Both the position numbers and the translations under genes were made by a program. A stretch of DNA of 64,000 nucleotides from Sedimentisphaerales bacterium (GTDB lineage Bacteria; Planctomycetota; Phycisphaerae; Sedimentisphaerales; Anaerobacaceae). Numbering within the stretch: the first letter of the stretch is position 1; each line of letters starts with the position of its first letter. The stretch lies in the NCBI GenBank assembly GCA_040772485.1, contig JAXGYC010000010.1, positions 384,001-448,000 of the forward strand, read 5' to 3'. Below are positions 19,443 through 31,100 of the stretch, piece after piece. Under the pieces are notes generated by a model. That model did no database searches. It was not told where the DNA came from and was given only the letters and a program-made list of their open reading frames with translations.

Positions 19443-20564
19443 TCAGTCGGCCAGGGTGAACGCGGGCAGGCGGACGATCTTGCCGCCCTTCTGGGCCGAC
19501 TGGTGGGCGCAGAGGCCGACGCAGGTCCAGTTGGCGCTGGTGACGGCGTTGGGCCTCGGGTGGCGGTCTTCGAGCAGCGCCGAGACGAATTCGTTGACCA
19601 GGTGCGGGTGCGATCCGCCGTGGCCGCCGCCCTGGATGAACGACAGATGTCCGGCGTCCTGAATCGTGCGCGTGAACTTGCGAATCTCTTCCGGCAGCCG
19701 CTGCGCGTAGTCCGGCACCCGCACGCGAGAAGGAATCTGGGGCTCGGGCTTCTTGGCGGTGTGAAGGACGTGCTCTTCGCCCTCAACCAGCGTCCACTCG
19801 AAGCTCTTCTTCGAGCCGTAGACGTCGAAGCTCTCGCGATACTGCCGGGCCGTATCGAACAGGAACCGCCAGATGTGAGCCGCGACGTCCGAGTCCTTGA
19901 TCTTGATGTGACAGGACTCGATGGCGAACTTGTTGCCGCTCTTGCGGGCCAGCCTCGCGTTGATGGCGCCGGAGCCGAAACAGGAGACATACTCGGCCCG
20001 GCCGTCGACCAGGCCCAGCACGGGCGAGACCACGTGCGTGGCGTAGTGCATCGGGATCATCCGCTCCCAGTACTCGGGCCAGCCCTGCATGTCCTGCGGA
20101 TGCGACGCCTGCATGTACTGGATCTTGCCCAGCTCACCCTTCTCGTACATCTCCTTGAGGAACAGAAACTCGCGGCTGTAGACCACCGTCTCGGCCATCA
20201 TGTACTTCAGCCCCGTCTTCCTGACGAGCGAGACGATCTGCCTGCACTCGTCGATGGTCGTCGCCATCGGAACGGTGCACATCACGTGCTTGCCCGCGTT
20301 CAACGCCGCAATCGACATCGGCGCGTGGTCGGGAATCGGCGAGTTGATGTGGACGAAATCGATCGCCGGATCGGCCAGCAGCTTGGCGTAGCTCGTGTAG
20401 CGCTTCTCGATCCCGCAGGCGTCGCCGATCTCGTTGAGTTTGGCCTTGTTGCGCCGGCAGATCGCCTCCACATGAGCCTTCGGATGCGCCTGGTAGATGG
20501 GAATGAACTCCGCTCCGAACCCGAGCCCCACGATCGCCACGTTGACCTGTCCGCCTTTGCCCAT
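19443..20564 (-). CDS. Gfo/Idh/MocA oxidoreductase
   Basis: VAIVGLGFG, GKHVMCTVP, YMMAET, GGHGGSHPH. Confidence 0.9.
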   Translation of the reverse strand: MGKGGQVNVAIVGLGFGAEFIPIYQAHPKAHVEAICRRNKAKLNEIGDACGIEKRYTSYAKLLADPAIDFVHINSPIPDHAPMSIAALNAGKHVMCTVPMATTIDECRQIVSLVRKTGLKYMMAETVVYSREFLFLKEMYEKGELGKIQYMQASHPQDMQGWPEYWERMIPMHYATHVVSPVLGLVDGRAEYVSCFGSGAINARLARKSGNKFAIESCHIKIKDSDVAAHIWRFLFDTARQYRESFDVYGSKKSFEWTLVEGEEHVLHTAKKPEPQIPSRVRVPDYAQRLPEEIRKFTRTIQDAGHLSFIQGGGHGGSHPHLVNEFVSALLEDRHPRPNAVTSANWTCVGLCAHQSAQKGGKIVRLPAFTLAD

Positions 20565-21213
20565 GATCCGCTCTCCTTCGTTCCAGGATGTGATGAAGGT
20601 CCGTCCCATGCCGGGCGCCCCGGTACCCGGATCAAACTACTGCCCGTACGGGCCTGCGTCAAACGCAAAAAACGTGGGATCGCCGGCCGGTGTCTGCGTG
20701 TTTGCAGGTGGGTTCCTGCGGAGGCCAAGAAGGGCGAAGCCCGCACGGAGGAATCTGGCCGAGGATAAGCCAATGGCCCCTTCATAGCCAGATTCCTCCA
20801 CGGCGCTGCGCTCCGGTCGGAATGACAAAGTCGATTGCAGCCCTCACGAAGATCTACCTACAAACATCAAGTACATCCTTGCCGGCCGGTGTCCGTGCAG
20901 ATTCCACGGCAAGGCCCATTTCCCAGCACAGAGCGCCATGTGTGGCAGCGGTTCGCCGCAGGTGGAGAGCAAAGCGGAGTTTGCCGATGACTTCGACGGC
21001 ATGCGTATCACCATCGGCAAGCCTTCGCTTGCCGCTGCCACACGCATGCCAGGGTGTTTTCACACACACCGATGGCCGTCTCTTTGCGTCGGACGCGCCG
21101 GCTGCCCTTTTCTTGTGGACAGGCCAGGCCCGGAACGATTAAACGGGGGCATCCAGAGCGGCAGGTTCTGCGAACTGTCGACAGACAAGACGTGGGTGGC
21201 ATGGGGAGTGACA

Positions 21214-22077
21214 ATGACGCGGACGGCGTTGATCACAGGGGCCAGTTCGGGCATCGGCGCAACCTGTGCGGTGGCCCTGGCGGCGGAGGGATTCCGCGTG
21301 TTCCTGACGGCCAGGCGTCGGCAGGCACTGGAACAAGTCGCCGAGAGGATCAACGCCGCCCATGGCAAGGGCGATCGCGCGGCGTGGTTCGCCGGCGACG
21401 TGGCCGACGCCTCGGCGCGTGGGGCTGTCGTACAGGCCATGGTGGATCGCTGGGGCCGCATCGATGTGCTCATCAACAATGCGGGATATGCACTGCCCGG
21501 CGTGTGCGAAGAAGTCTCGTTGGACGACGTGCGCGACCAGTTCGAAGTGAACACCTTCGCGGCCCTGGCGATGATGCAACTGGTCGGGCCTCAGATGCGC
21601 AAGCAGGGTCACGGGCACATCATCAACATCAGCTCGATCTCCGGCCGATTGTCGTTTCCGAGCCTGGGGATGTATGCCGCCAGCAAACACGCGCTGGAGG
21701 CAATCAGCGACGCCGCAAGACAGGAGTTCCGGCCGTGGAACATCCGGGTGGCGCTGATCGAGCCCAACGAGATCGCCACGGACATCTGGCGCAGGAGCAG
21801 GGACCTCCTCCGGACAGAGCCGGACCGGATGCGACAGAGCCCGTTCGCCTCGTTCTACTCCCGACAGGCACGATGGATCGACCGCGTCCTGACGGACGGC
21901 GCCGCTTCGGCAGATGCGGTCGCCCGCGCTGTCTGCCGCGCTGCAACCGCCCGGCGTCCGCGCGCACGCTATTGCCTGCCCGCGAAGGCCCGCGTGCGTA
22001 TGCTCATGACCTATCTGCCGGCCTCGTGGCAGGACTGGCTGATCCGCCAGGCATTGCGCCGCGTCGAAGATCGCTGA
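21214..22077 (+). CDS. Short-chain dehydrogenase/reductase
   Basis: TGASSGIG, NNAG, YAASK. Confidence 0.92.
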   Translation: MTRTALITGASSGIGATCAVALAAEGFRVFLTARRRQALEQVAERINAAHGKGDRAAWFAGDVADASARGAVVQAMVDRWGRIDVLINNAGYALPGVCEEVSLDDVRDQFEVNTFAALAMMQLVGPQMRKQGHGHIINISSISGRLSFPSLGMYAASKHALEAISDAARQEFRPWNIRVALIEPNEIATDIWRRSRDLLRTEPDRMRQSPFASFYSRQARWIDRVLTDGAASADAVARAVCRAATARRPRARYCLPAKARVRMLMTYLPASWQDWLIRQALRRVEDR

Positions 22078-22175
22078 TTCGCATACACGTCCTTGACACG
22101 GACTGCCCCGGCAAGCATGCTTCCGCCAGTCTTCACGATTGAGTTCACCACCGATTCGGGATCGGGACCTGCAAG

Positions 22176-22997
22176 ATGAAGGAAACGCCGTTCATCCACG
22201 AACGACAAGTAGCCGTTGCGGCGGCGCGCTGCGCCGGCGCGTATCTCCGGGCAAACCAGCATCAGGCGGCGATCGCGCAGATCAAGAGCGGCCCCCACGA
22301 CTACGCCACCGCCCAGGACCTCGGCGCCGAGAAACTGATCCTCGATGCGATCCGGGAGCGCTTCCCCGACGATGCGATCCTCTCGGAGGAGTCGTATGCC
22401 CAACAATCCGGCGGCGAACGGCTCTGGGTCGTCGACCCGCTGGACGGAACGCGCAACTACGCCAACGGTCTGCCGCATTTCGCGGTCTCGATCGCGTTCT
22501 GCTACCGCGCGCAGGCGGTGGTGGGGGTTGTGTACGTCCCCTGTGAAGGAGACGAGCTGTTCCGGGCCGAGCGTGACGGCGGCGCGTTCCTGAACGAGCG
22601 GCCGCTCCAGATGGCGTCCCCGTCGAAGTCCCTGTCGGCCAGTCTGGTCGCCACCGGCTTCGCGTACTACCAGGGCGCCGCGCTTGGCCCTCACGTCGCG
22701 ACACTGGAGGCGGTGATGAACGTCGCAACGGACGTGCTGCGGCTGGGTTCGGCGGCCACCGACATCAGTTACGTCGCCGCCGGACGGCTCGGGGCATACT
22801 ATGAATCCGGCCTCAAACCATGGGACGTCGCCGCCGCGGCGCTGATCGTACAGGAAGCCGGCGGCATCGTCTCCAACACCTCGGGCCAGGCCCTCGACTT
22901 GTTCGCCGGGAACGGAGCCACGTTCTCTCTGAACGTGCTGGCGGCCAAGAACGCCGACATCCAGCGCCAACTGATCGGTCTGCTGACCACGCGGTAA
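22176..22997 (+). CDS. suhB: Inositol monophosphatase family protein
   Basis: ILSEE, WVVDPLDGTRNY, LGSAA, KPWDVAAA. Confidence 0.9.
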   Translation: MKETPFIHERQVAVAAARCAGAYLRANQHQAAIAQIKSGPHDYATAQDLGAEKLILDAIRERFPDDAILSEESYAQQSGGERLWVVDPLDGTRNYANGLPHFAVSIAFCYRAQAVVGVVYVPCEGDELFRAERDGGAFLNERPLQMASPSKSLSASLVATGFAYYQGAALGPHVATLEAVMNVATDVLRLGSAATDISYVAAGRLGAYYESGLKPWDVAAAALIVQEAGGIVSNTSGQALDLFAGNGATFSLNVLAAKNADIQRQLIGLLTTR

Positions 22998-23084
22998 ACA
23001 CAATCTGATCGCAAGCGTGACATTCGGCACAGCTTCTTCCCATGGCGCCCAACCTCGCCACTCGACAATACGTAGTTTCCACAA

Positions 23085-23114
23085 TTGACAAACGATGCCG
23101 CGATGCCCTATAGT
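23085..23114 (+). promoter_or_regulatory. Sigma70-like promoter
   Basis: TTGACA-18 nt-TATAGT. Confidence 0.55.
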
Positions 23115-23217
23115 GCGGGCGTGTCGGCGCGTCTGGAGGACGCCGCTGTCAAAGGCACACCCGTACAAACGTGAGGCGGGGAACACCCGAAACGAGTTTC
23201 TGCAAGGAGGCAGGACC

Positions 23218-24003
23218 ATGGGAAAGTCTAAAGTCATCGTATGCGCGCTGCTCGCGCTGGCGAGCACCGCCGCCGCCCAGAGCATCACTCTTCCGTCTCT
23301 GGTTCGTAAAGGCGCCATCGAAACCCTCTCCGTAGAGCCGGCCGAACCGACCACGGCCTCGTCCGTGGTACTGTGCGCGACGGTCGCCGACGCCCTGAGC
23401 CTGGACCGGGTGGAAACCCGGCGGATCGGAAGCACCTTCATGGTCAAGATCTACTGGAGCGAGGCGACAGGCGGTTTTCCAGGCTGGAATCAGGGACAAT
23501 GCCGGGAGTCGCTCGGGGTATTGGCCAAGGGGAACTACTTCGCGATCGTGCAGTCGTACTGCGACGACCGTCTGGCCGGCAGCAAACAACTGACGTTCAA
23601 GGTCGTCGAGGGTTCAGGGCCCACGATGCAGGACGTGATCTGCGATGTCCAGGTCACACCCGCAAACCCGACCACCACGAGCAACGCTGTCGTGAAGGTC
23701 TTCGGCAAGTGGCCGACGAGCGGCTATTCGCAGTCGGTTTCGTTGGCGCGACTCAGCGGCCGGACCGGCACCGTGGACCTGTATTGGGAAAGCCCTCAGG
23801 ACCCTGTCGAGGACACGGATGAGAGCTACTTCTACCACCAGGTGCCGATGAAGATGTCTTTGGCGGGCACGTACACGATCCGCGTGAGAGTGTACCTCGA
23901 CGGGTCACTCGTGGATTGGGAAGAGATCTCCGTCGAAGTCACCGAAAACAGTGGAAGCGGCTGGACGTGGGACCCCTTCTTCTGGGGCATCGACCTGCCG
24001 TAG
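23218..24003 (+). CDS. Secreted protein with two tandem Ig-like beta-sandwich repeats
   Basis: Signal peptide; VEPAEPTTASSV / VTPANPTTTSNA repeats; AAGGAGG RBS. Confidence 0.7.
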   Translation: MGKSKVIVCALLALASTAAAQSITLPSLVRKGAIETLSVEPAEPTTASSVVLCATVADALSLDRVETRRIGSTFMVKIYWSEATGGFPGWNQGQCRESLGVLAKGNYFAIVQSYCDDRLAGSKQLTFKVVEGSGPTMQDVICDVQVTPANPTTTSNAVVKVFGKWPTSGYSQSVSLARLSGRTGTVDLYWESPQDPVEDTDESYFYHQVPMKMSLAGTYTIRVRVYLDGSLVDWEEISVEVTENSGSGWTWDPFFWGIDLP

Positions 24004-24604
24004 AAACGCCAGTCTGGGGAGTGTCCCGGCGTACGTCGGGATACTCCCGTTCCCACCCGTCTGTCGACCGCCGGCGGCCACAACATGCCACCAACATCCG
24101 GCAGGGCCGGAACTGCAATGGCGGGCACCGCCTCCCCCTCGTTCATCACCCTGACCGTACGGTAAGAATCCATTCCCAAGAAACGGTGCCCACCGCCCTT
24201 CCATGGGCAACGATTTCATGGTACAGCATGGGCCGCCGGCGTCTATTGTGGCAATTGCGTATTCTTCATCGTCAATCCTGATGGGTCGCCCCTGAAAAAC
24301 CATGCAGGCGCCGGCAGAGGGCAAGCCACACATCCCAGGACAGCAGCGCCGGAACCGCCCAAAAGGGAATTCCTGTTGTTCCGGGGGCCGCGATCTGGTA
24401 CAAATGGGGGAGTACGGAAGCGCAATTTCGTGAGCTTGTCGCCGGAGCGCAGCATCATGAACCAGACACCCCGCCGGGACGGCTCGCATCGAAGGTGGTT
24501 TCGGAGGCCGCAATGCAATGCGTTCTGCCGGGCACACGGCAGAAATGAAACGCACGTACATTTGCCTGTGGACGATCTGAGAGCTTTCTTGAAGGAGGAC
24601 GATC

Positions 24605-27388
24605 ATGTCGAGCAAGCTGATCCGTGTGATGGCATTGACGTTTGTTCTGGGCTGGGCGGGAGGTCTCGCCTTCGCGCAGGACAATCAAATCGTCAACGGC
24701 GAATTTGACGACGGTCTGACCGGATGGGGCCGCTATGGAACGACCGGCTTCGACGTTTCGGCCGTTCGAAACGCGGGGCTCTCGGGCCCGAATGCGGCCC
24801 TGCTGGATGTGACCAACGCCGCGGCAACCGCCAGCATCGGGATCGCCCAGAGCGGCCTGCTGCTGGAGCCGGGGAAGACCTATCCCCTCGGCTTCACCGC
24901 CAGAGCCCAGCAGAGCCGGGAGATGGTGGTCCTGGTCCAGACGAACCTCAACAATGCAGACTGGCCCACCCAGGTGGAGCGGAAAGTGGATCTGACTCCC
25001 ACCGCCCAGACCTATCTCATCGAATACACGCATACCGGAGACACTCTGGGCGATGAGGCAGGCGAAACCGTGACTCTCTACCTGATGTTGAAGGGAACCT
25101 GGTGGCCGATGGTCGGCAGCGACCTGAACGTAAAAGTCTGGTTCGACCGGGTGTACTTTGGCGCAGAGCCCCCGCTGCCGCGTCGTGACTTGCCGACCGA
25201 CCCCGATCCGGCCGACGGCGACACGGACATCTGGCGGGATGTGGACCTCGCCTGGACACCCGGCGCGTTCGCCCAGACGCACGACGTATACTTCGGAACG
25301 GCTTTCGACGACGTCAACGCCGCCAGCCGGGCCAATCCCATGGGCGTACTGGTCAGCCAGGGTCAGAGCGACGCGACGTACGATCCGGGCCGTCTCGAAC
25401 TCGGCCAAACCTACTACTGGCGGATCGACGAGGTGAACGCGCCGCCCGACAGCACGATCGTCAAAGGGCCGGTCTGGACTTTCGCGACCGAACCGCTGGC
25501 GTATCCAATCGACAATATCATTGCCACAAGCAACGGGACTTCCGAAGCTGCCGCCGGACCGCAGAACACGGTCAATGGTTCCGGGCTCAATGCTGCCGAT
25601 CAGCACTCGACCGTCAGCAGCGACATGTGGTTGGCCACGCCCGGCGCCGAGCCTCTGTATATCCAGTACGAGTTCGACCGCGTCTACCAACTGCACCAGA
25701 TGCTGGTCTGGAACTACAACGTGGATTTTGAGCTGATTCTCGGCTTCGGGCTCAAGGGCGTCACCGTCGAGTACTCCACGGACGGCGCCAACTGGGCCGT
25801 GCTGGGAGACGTGGAGTTCGCCCGGGCAACCGCCAGGCCGGGGTACGCCTACAATACGACCGTGGATTTCGGCGGCGTGGCGGCCAGATACGTCCGGCTG
25901 ACCGTCAACAGCGGCTGGAGCGCGCTGGGCCAGTACGGCTTGAGCGAGGTCCGCTTCCTATCGATCCCCGCTTACGCGACCCGACCCCAGCCGGCCGACG
26001 GCGAAATCGAGGTGGATGTGGCGACGGCATTGAGCTGGCGTCCGAGCCGGGCGGCGGCCTCCCACCAGGTCTACTTTGGCGCCGATCCCGACGCCGTGGC
26101 CGCCGGCGCCGAACCCACCGCCACCGTCACCGGCAATCGCTATGTGCCCGATGCGGCCCAGTTTGGAGGAACCTACTACTGGAGAATCGATGAAGTCAAT
26201 GAAGCCGAGCCGACGCCGCTCTGGAGAGGCGACGTGTGGAGCTTCTCGACGCAAGCCTACGAGGTGATCGACGACTTCGAGAGCTACACCGACAACCTCG
26301 ACGTCGGCGAAGCCATCTTTGACACCTGGGCCGACGGCTGGGTCAACAACACCGGCGCGACGGTCGGCTACCTCGATGCGCCGTTCGCCGAGCGGACCAT
26401 CGTCCACGGCGGAACACAGTCCATGCCGCTGGAGTACGACAACACGGCCTCGCCATTTTACTCCGAGGCCGAACGGACCTGGGACAATCCTCAGGACTGG
26501 ACGGTGTACGGCGCCGACACCCTGACCGTTCACTTGCGAGGCAATCCGCCGGCCTTCCTGGAGACGGCCGACGGCCGCATCGTCATGGGCGGCATCGGAG
26601 CCGACATCTGGGGAACCGCCGATCAGTTCCGCTTCGCCTACATGAACCTCAGCGGCAACGGCTCCATCGTCGCGAGGGTCGAGAGCATCGCGAACACCTG
26701 GCCCTGGGCCAAGGGCGGCGTCATGATCCGCGAGCGCATCGACCCCGGTGCGGCCCACGCGATGGTCGTGCTGACGCCGGAAAACGGAGTGGCCCTGCAA
26801 TATCGCCCCACGATGAACGGCACCAGCCTGAGCATCAACGAGCCTGGTCTCGTGGTGCCGTACTGGGTGAGACTGACGCGCTCGGGCAACACGTTCACCG
26901 CCGAACGATCCGAGGACGGCGCGACGTGGGTCAGCATCACCGCCGATCCGGCCGCTTCGTCGGTCCAGATCACTATGGCTGCCAACGTCTACGTCGGGCT
27001 GGCCGTGACCAGCACGACCCTCAACGCGGTCACCGGCGCCGAGTTCTCAGGGGTCGCCACGACGGGCAACGTCACCGGCCAGTGGCAGACGGCCTCGATC
27101 GGGCTTGAACAGCCAGCTGGGAATACCGCCGACACGCTCTATGTGGCCGTGGAGGACAACGCCGGAAAGATCGGCGTCGTGGCGCACCCCGACCCGCTGG
27201 CGGTTCTGCGGCCCGAATGGCAGGCGTGGCACATCCCGTTGGACGAGTTCGCTTCCGCCGGAGTGAGGATGAACCGCGTCCAGCGCATGTACATCGGTGT
27301 GGGCGAGCGCGACAACCCGGCCTCGGGCGGCGCCGGCCTGATCTACATCGACGACATCACCTTCGGCCGGCCCGTCGCGGACCAATAG
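24605..27388 (+). CDS. Large secreted protein: N-terminal CBM4/9-like domain + discoidin (F5/8C)-like core
   Basis: Signal peptide, NGEFDDG..GW, THDVYFGT...TYYWRIDEVN...GPVWTF repeats, YGLSEVRF, IDDFESY, WAKGGVMIRE. Confidence 0.85.
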   Translation: MSSKLIRVMALTFVLGWAGGLAFAQDNQIVNGEFDDGLTGWGRYGTTGFDVSAVRNAGLSGPNAALLDVTNAAATASIGIAQSGLLLEPGKTYPLGFTARAQQSREMVVLVQTNLNNADWPTQVERKVDLTPTAQTYLIEYTHTGDTLGDEAGETVTLYLMLKGTWWPMVGSDLNVKVWFDRVYFGAEPPLPRRDLPTDPDPADGDTDIWRDVDLAWTPGAFAQTHDVYFGTAFDDVNAASRANPMGVLVSQGQSDATYDPGRLELGQTYYWRIDEVNAPPDSTIVKGPVWTFATEPLAYPIDNIIATSNGTSEAAAGPQNTVNGSGLNAADQHSTVSSDMWLATPGAEPLYIQYEFDRVYQLHQMLVWNYNVDFELILGFGLKGVTVEYSTDGANWAVLGDVEFARATARPGYAYNTTVDFGGVAARYVRLTVNSGWSALGQYGLSEVRFLSIPAYATRPQPADGEIEVDVATALSWRPSRAAASHQVYFGADPDAVAAGAEPTATVTGNRYVPDAAQFGGTYYWRIDEVNEAEPTPLWRGDVWSFSTQAYEVIDDFESYTDNLDVGEAIFDTWADGWVNNTGATVGYLDAPFAERTIVHGGTQSMPLEYDNTASPFYSEAERTWDNPQDWTVYGADTLTVHLRGNPPAFLETADGRIVMGGIGADIWGTADQFRFAYMNLSGNGSIVARVESIANTWPWAKGGVMIRERIDPGAAHAMVVLTPENGVALQYRPTMNGTSLSINEPGLVVPYWVRLTRSGNTFTAERSEDGATWVSITADPAASSVQITMAANVYVGLAVTSTTLNAVTGAEFSGVATTGNVTGQWQTASIGLEQPAGNTADTLYVAVEDNAGKIGVVAHPDPLAVLRPEWQAWHIPLDEFASAGVRMNRVQRMYIGVGERDNPASGGAGLIYIDDITFGRPVADQ

Positions 27389-27495
27389 CGGCGTCCGGCC
27401 GAAACGGGCTGAGCATCCAGGTGGGTTCCCAATCTACGCTTGGATCGGGAACCCCGCCCTGCCTCACCCGGATCGTCTGCGCCCGGCGTCGAGAG

Positions 27496-27686
27496 GTTCG
27501 TAGTGACGCCGTAAGGCGTTTTGTTCGTAGTGGCGTCGTAAGACGCTATTCTCGTCGTTGGTAGCCCGTAAGAGCCTGCCCTGAGCTTGCCGAAGGGGCA
27601 TACCTTCCACAGAACGAGGTAACGCCTTATCCCGATGCTCATCGGGATCACTGCAAACGGTATGCCCTCACGGGCACACTACGAAC
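27496..27686. repeat. Cluster of family-B REP units
   Basis: Two tandem GTTCGTAGTG-hairpin units plus an inverted CACACTACGAAC unit. Confidence 0.8.
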
Positions 27687-28154
27687 CGGGCGGCCACGCC
27701 TGAAGGCCGCGCTCCTTTGTGTCGATAGAGAAAGCTGGCGCCTGACGGATTATTGTTGCCTGCCCGCCACGGGTGTGGTATCAATAGAGAGGCTCAGGAT
27801 GGCGTTTTTTCAGACCTACTCCAGCCAGAGCGGTCTCGGCCCCCGAAGGCCGAGCCGGCGGATCAGTTCTTTTATCGGTCGGAGGTTCCGGTGTCGGGTC
27901 TGCCACTTCACACGAACCGAGGCTGAAGGGCGAGACCTCAAACCCTGGATTTCCGGTCCGTCAATTCGATTTCGTGGCCAGCATGCCGGCCGAAGGAAGG
28001 AGGTGAGCGCGAATCCAACAGCATTTCACGTCTGAAGGGAAGATCTGGAAGTACCCCGCGGCAACGGCGCCGCAAGGCGCTGCGGGGAACGGAGCTCTGA
28101 CGTTCGTCGGATGAAGCTTGATCGTCTTCTTGGGTTCGTGGAAGGAGAACAGTC

Positions 28155-31100
28155 ATGTGCAGGGGATTGAATCATCTTATTGTCGTGATGTTGCTGTTGG
28201 GGGCCGCCGTGAGCCAGGCCCAGGGCAGTCCGTACATCCGCGTCGCCTACTGGGACGCAAGTCAAGGCACCGCCTGGGCGGGAGACGGGGGCCCGGTGCG
28301 CGACGCGCTGGCGGCTGTCGGCTATCAGGTCGTCAATGCGGCGGAGCTCAAGACGTGGATGGATGACCGCATCGCCGACCGGCGACTCAGCGTGGTCGTG
28401 ATGTGTCGAGACGTCGTCCCGGACACCGTGGTCGAGTCGGTCGACGCGAACTGCACCATCCGACGGTATCTCGACGCGGGCGGCAAGGTCGTCTGGTATT
28501 CCGACTGGCCCTTCTATTACGTGGGGACAACCAGCAACTCCCCGGGAAGCAACGGCGCCGTTCAGATACTGGGTTTCAACGCCGCCACCGGGCCGAACGA
28601 TCAGAATCAGCAGGTGACGTTCACCGAGATGGGGATTCAATGGGGATTGGTCACGCCGTGGTCGTCGACGCGGCCGACGTCGCCGACGGTGACCGACAAC
28701 CTGACCGTCCTGGCGCTGGACACCAACGGCAACGCCGCCGGCTGGGTCAAGCATTACCTGCCGGGCGACACCTTCCGCGGATTCGTCCGCATTGAAGACC
28801 ATAGTGGCGCTCCGGCTAACATCCAGAACCTGATCGCCGTGGCCGAGTACGCCGAGTCGATCAACACCGCCTCCGGGCCGGTGCCCGACGACGGCGCGAC
28901 CGACATCCCTCGCGACGTCGTATTGAGCTGGGCCGCGGGCGAGTCGGCCGCCACGCATGACATCTACTTCGGCGCCTCGTTCGACGACGTCAACGCCGCC
29001 AGCCGGGCCAATCCGCTGGGTGTGCTGCTCAGCCAGAGCCAATCGGGCACCACGTTCGATCCGCCCGGCGTTCTCGACTTCGGGACAACCTACTACTGGC
29101 GCATCGATGAGGTCAACGGCGCTCCCGACAACACAATCTTCAAGGGCGACGTCTGGAGCTTCACCGCCGAGCCGTTCGCCTACGCGATCGCCAATATCAT
29201 CGCCACCACCAACGCGACCTCGGACCCTGGAGCGGGGCCCGAGAACACGATCAACGGCTCCGGCCTCAAGGCCGACGATCAGCACTCGGTCGATAGTACC
29301 GATATGTGGCTCGCCCGGCCGGCCGATGCCGAGCCGGTCTGGATTCAATACGAGTTCGACAGCGTCTACAAGCTCTACGAGATGCTCGTCTGGAACTACA
29401 ACGTGCAGTTTGAGCTGCTCCTGGGCTTCGGGATCAAAGGCGTGACCGTCGAATACTCCGAGAATGGCGCCGACTGGACCGCCCTGGGCGACGTGGAACT
29501 GGCTCAGGCCACGGCCAAATCGACCTACGCCGCCAACACAACGGTGGACCTCCAGGGCGTGCCCGCCCGGTTCGTCCGCATGACCGTCAACAGCGGCTAT
29601 GGCATGATGCCGCAATACGGCCTGAGCGAGGTCCGCTTCCTGTACATTCCCGCTCACCCGCGCGAGCCGCAGCCGGCCGACGGCACGATCGGCGTGAGCC
29701 CGGCAACCACGCTGAGCTGGCGCGCCGGACGCGAGGCCGCCTCGCACGAGGTCTATCTGAGCACCAGTAAGTCGGCTGTGACCGACGGCACCGCCCTGGC
29801 CGCCACGGTCGCTACGGCCAGCTACAGCCCGACCGATGTCGAGTTCGGATCGCGCTACTATTGGAAGGTCGCCGAGGTCAACGACGCCGAGGCCATCAGC
29901 ACCTGGGCCGGACCGGTCTGGAGCTTCGTCACGCAGGAATACGAAACCATCGAAGGGTTCGAAGACTACAACGATGACATCGATGCCCACACGACGATCT
30001 TCGACACGTGGCTCGACGGCTGGGTCAATGAGACCGGCTCCACCGTCGGCTATCTCGACGCACCGTTTGCCGAGAGGACCATCGTCCGCAGCGGCCGGCA
30101 GTCGATGCCGCTGACCTACGACAATTCAGGATCGCCGTTCTACTCCGAGGCCGAACGGACCTGGGACACCGCCCAGAACTGGACCGGCCACGGGGCCGAC
30201 ACCCTCGTCCTGTACGTGCGAGGCAACGCGCCGTCTTTCGTGGAGACCGCGGATGGGGGCATCCTCATGAGCGCCATCGGCACGGACATCTGGAACACGA
30301 CGGATCAGTTCCGCTACGCGTACAAGAACCTCAGCGGCGACGGCTCGGTCACGGTCCGCGTCGACAGCCTGGTCCGCAGCAACGAGTGGGCCAAGGCGGG
30401 CGTAATGATCCGTGAGACGCTGGAGGGCGGCTCGAAGCATGCCTTCATGTGTGTGACGCCGGACCACGGCACCACGTTCCAGCGTCGGCCGGTGGCCGGA
30501 CAGGACAGCGCCAGCACGGATGTAGGCGGTGCGGCCGCACCGCGCTGGGTAAGGCTGACCCGCACGGGCAACGTCTTCACCGCGCACGACTCGATGGACG
30601 GCGTGACCTGGACGGAGGCGGTCGTGAGCCCGGCGCTGGAGATCCAGATGGCCGCCAACGTGTACATCGGCCTGGCGGTGTGCAGCCATGATGCAGCCAT
30701 CTCGACCGCCGCCGAGTTCTCCAACATCGCGACGAGCGGCAACGTAACGGGCAACTGGCAGACGGCGGAGATCGGCGTGGCGCAGCCCGAGGGCAACGCC
30801 GCCGATGGGATGTACGTGCGGCTGGAGGACAGCGCCGGCAAGAGCGCAACGGTCGCGAATGCCGATGCGGCGATCACGGTCCGCCCGACGTGGCAGGAAT
30901 GGAAGATACCGTACAGCGATCTGTCCGGCGTGAACCTTAGCCGGATCGAGAAGATGGTCATCGGCGTCGGCAGCGCCACCAGTCCGAAGGCCGGCGGCGC
31001 CGGCACCGTCTACGTCGACGACATCGGCTACGGTCATCCGGCCCCGGAGCCGGCCTATGTGAACCTGCTGGCCAACGGCGGCTTTGAGGATGGTGTCATG

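Noticed and set aside
24260..24600. Known riboswitch (e.g. c-di-GMP) in the leader of the first discoidin gene
   Set aside because: No consensus motifs recognisable; would need an Rfam scan.
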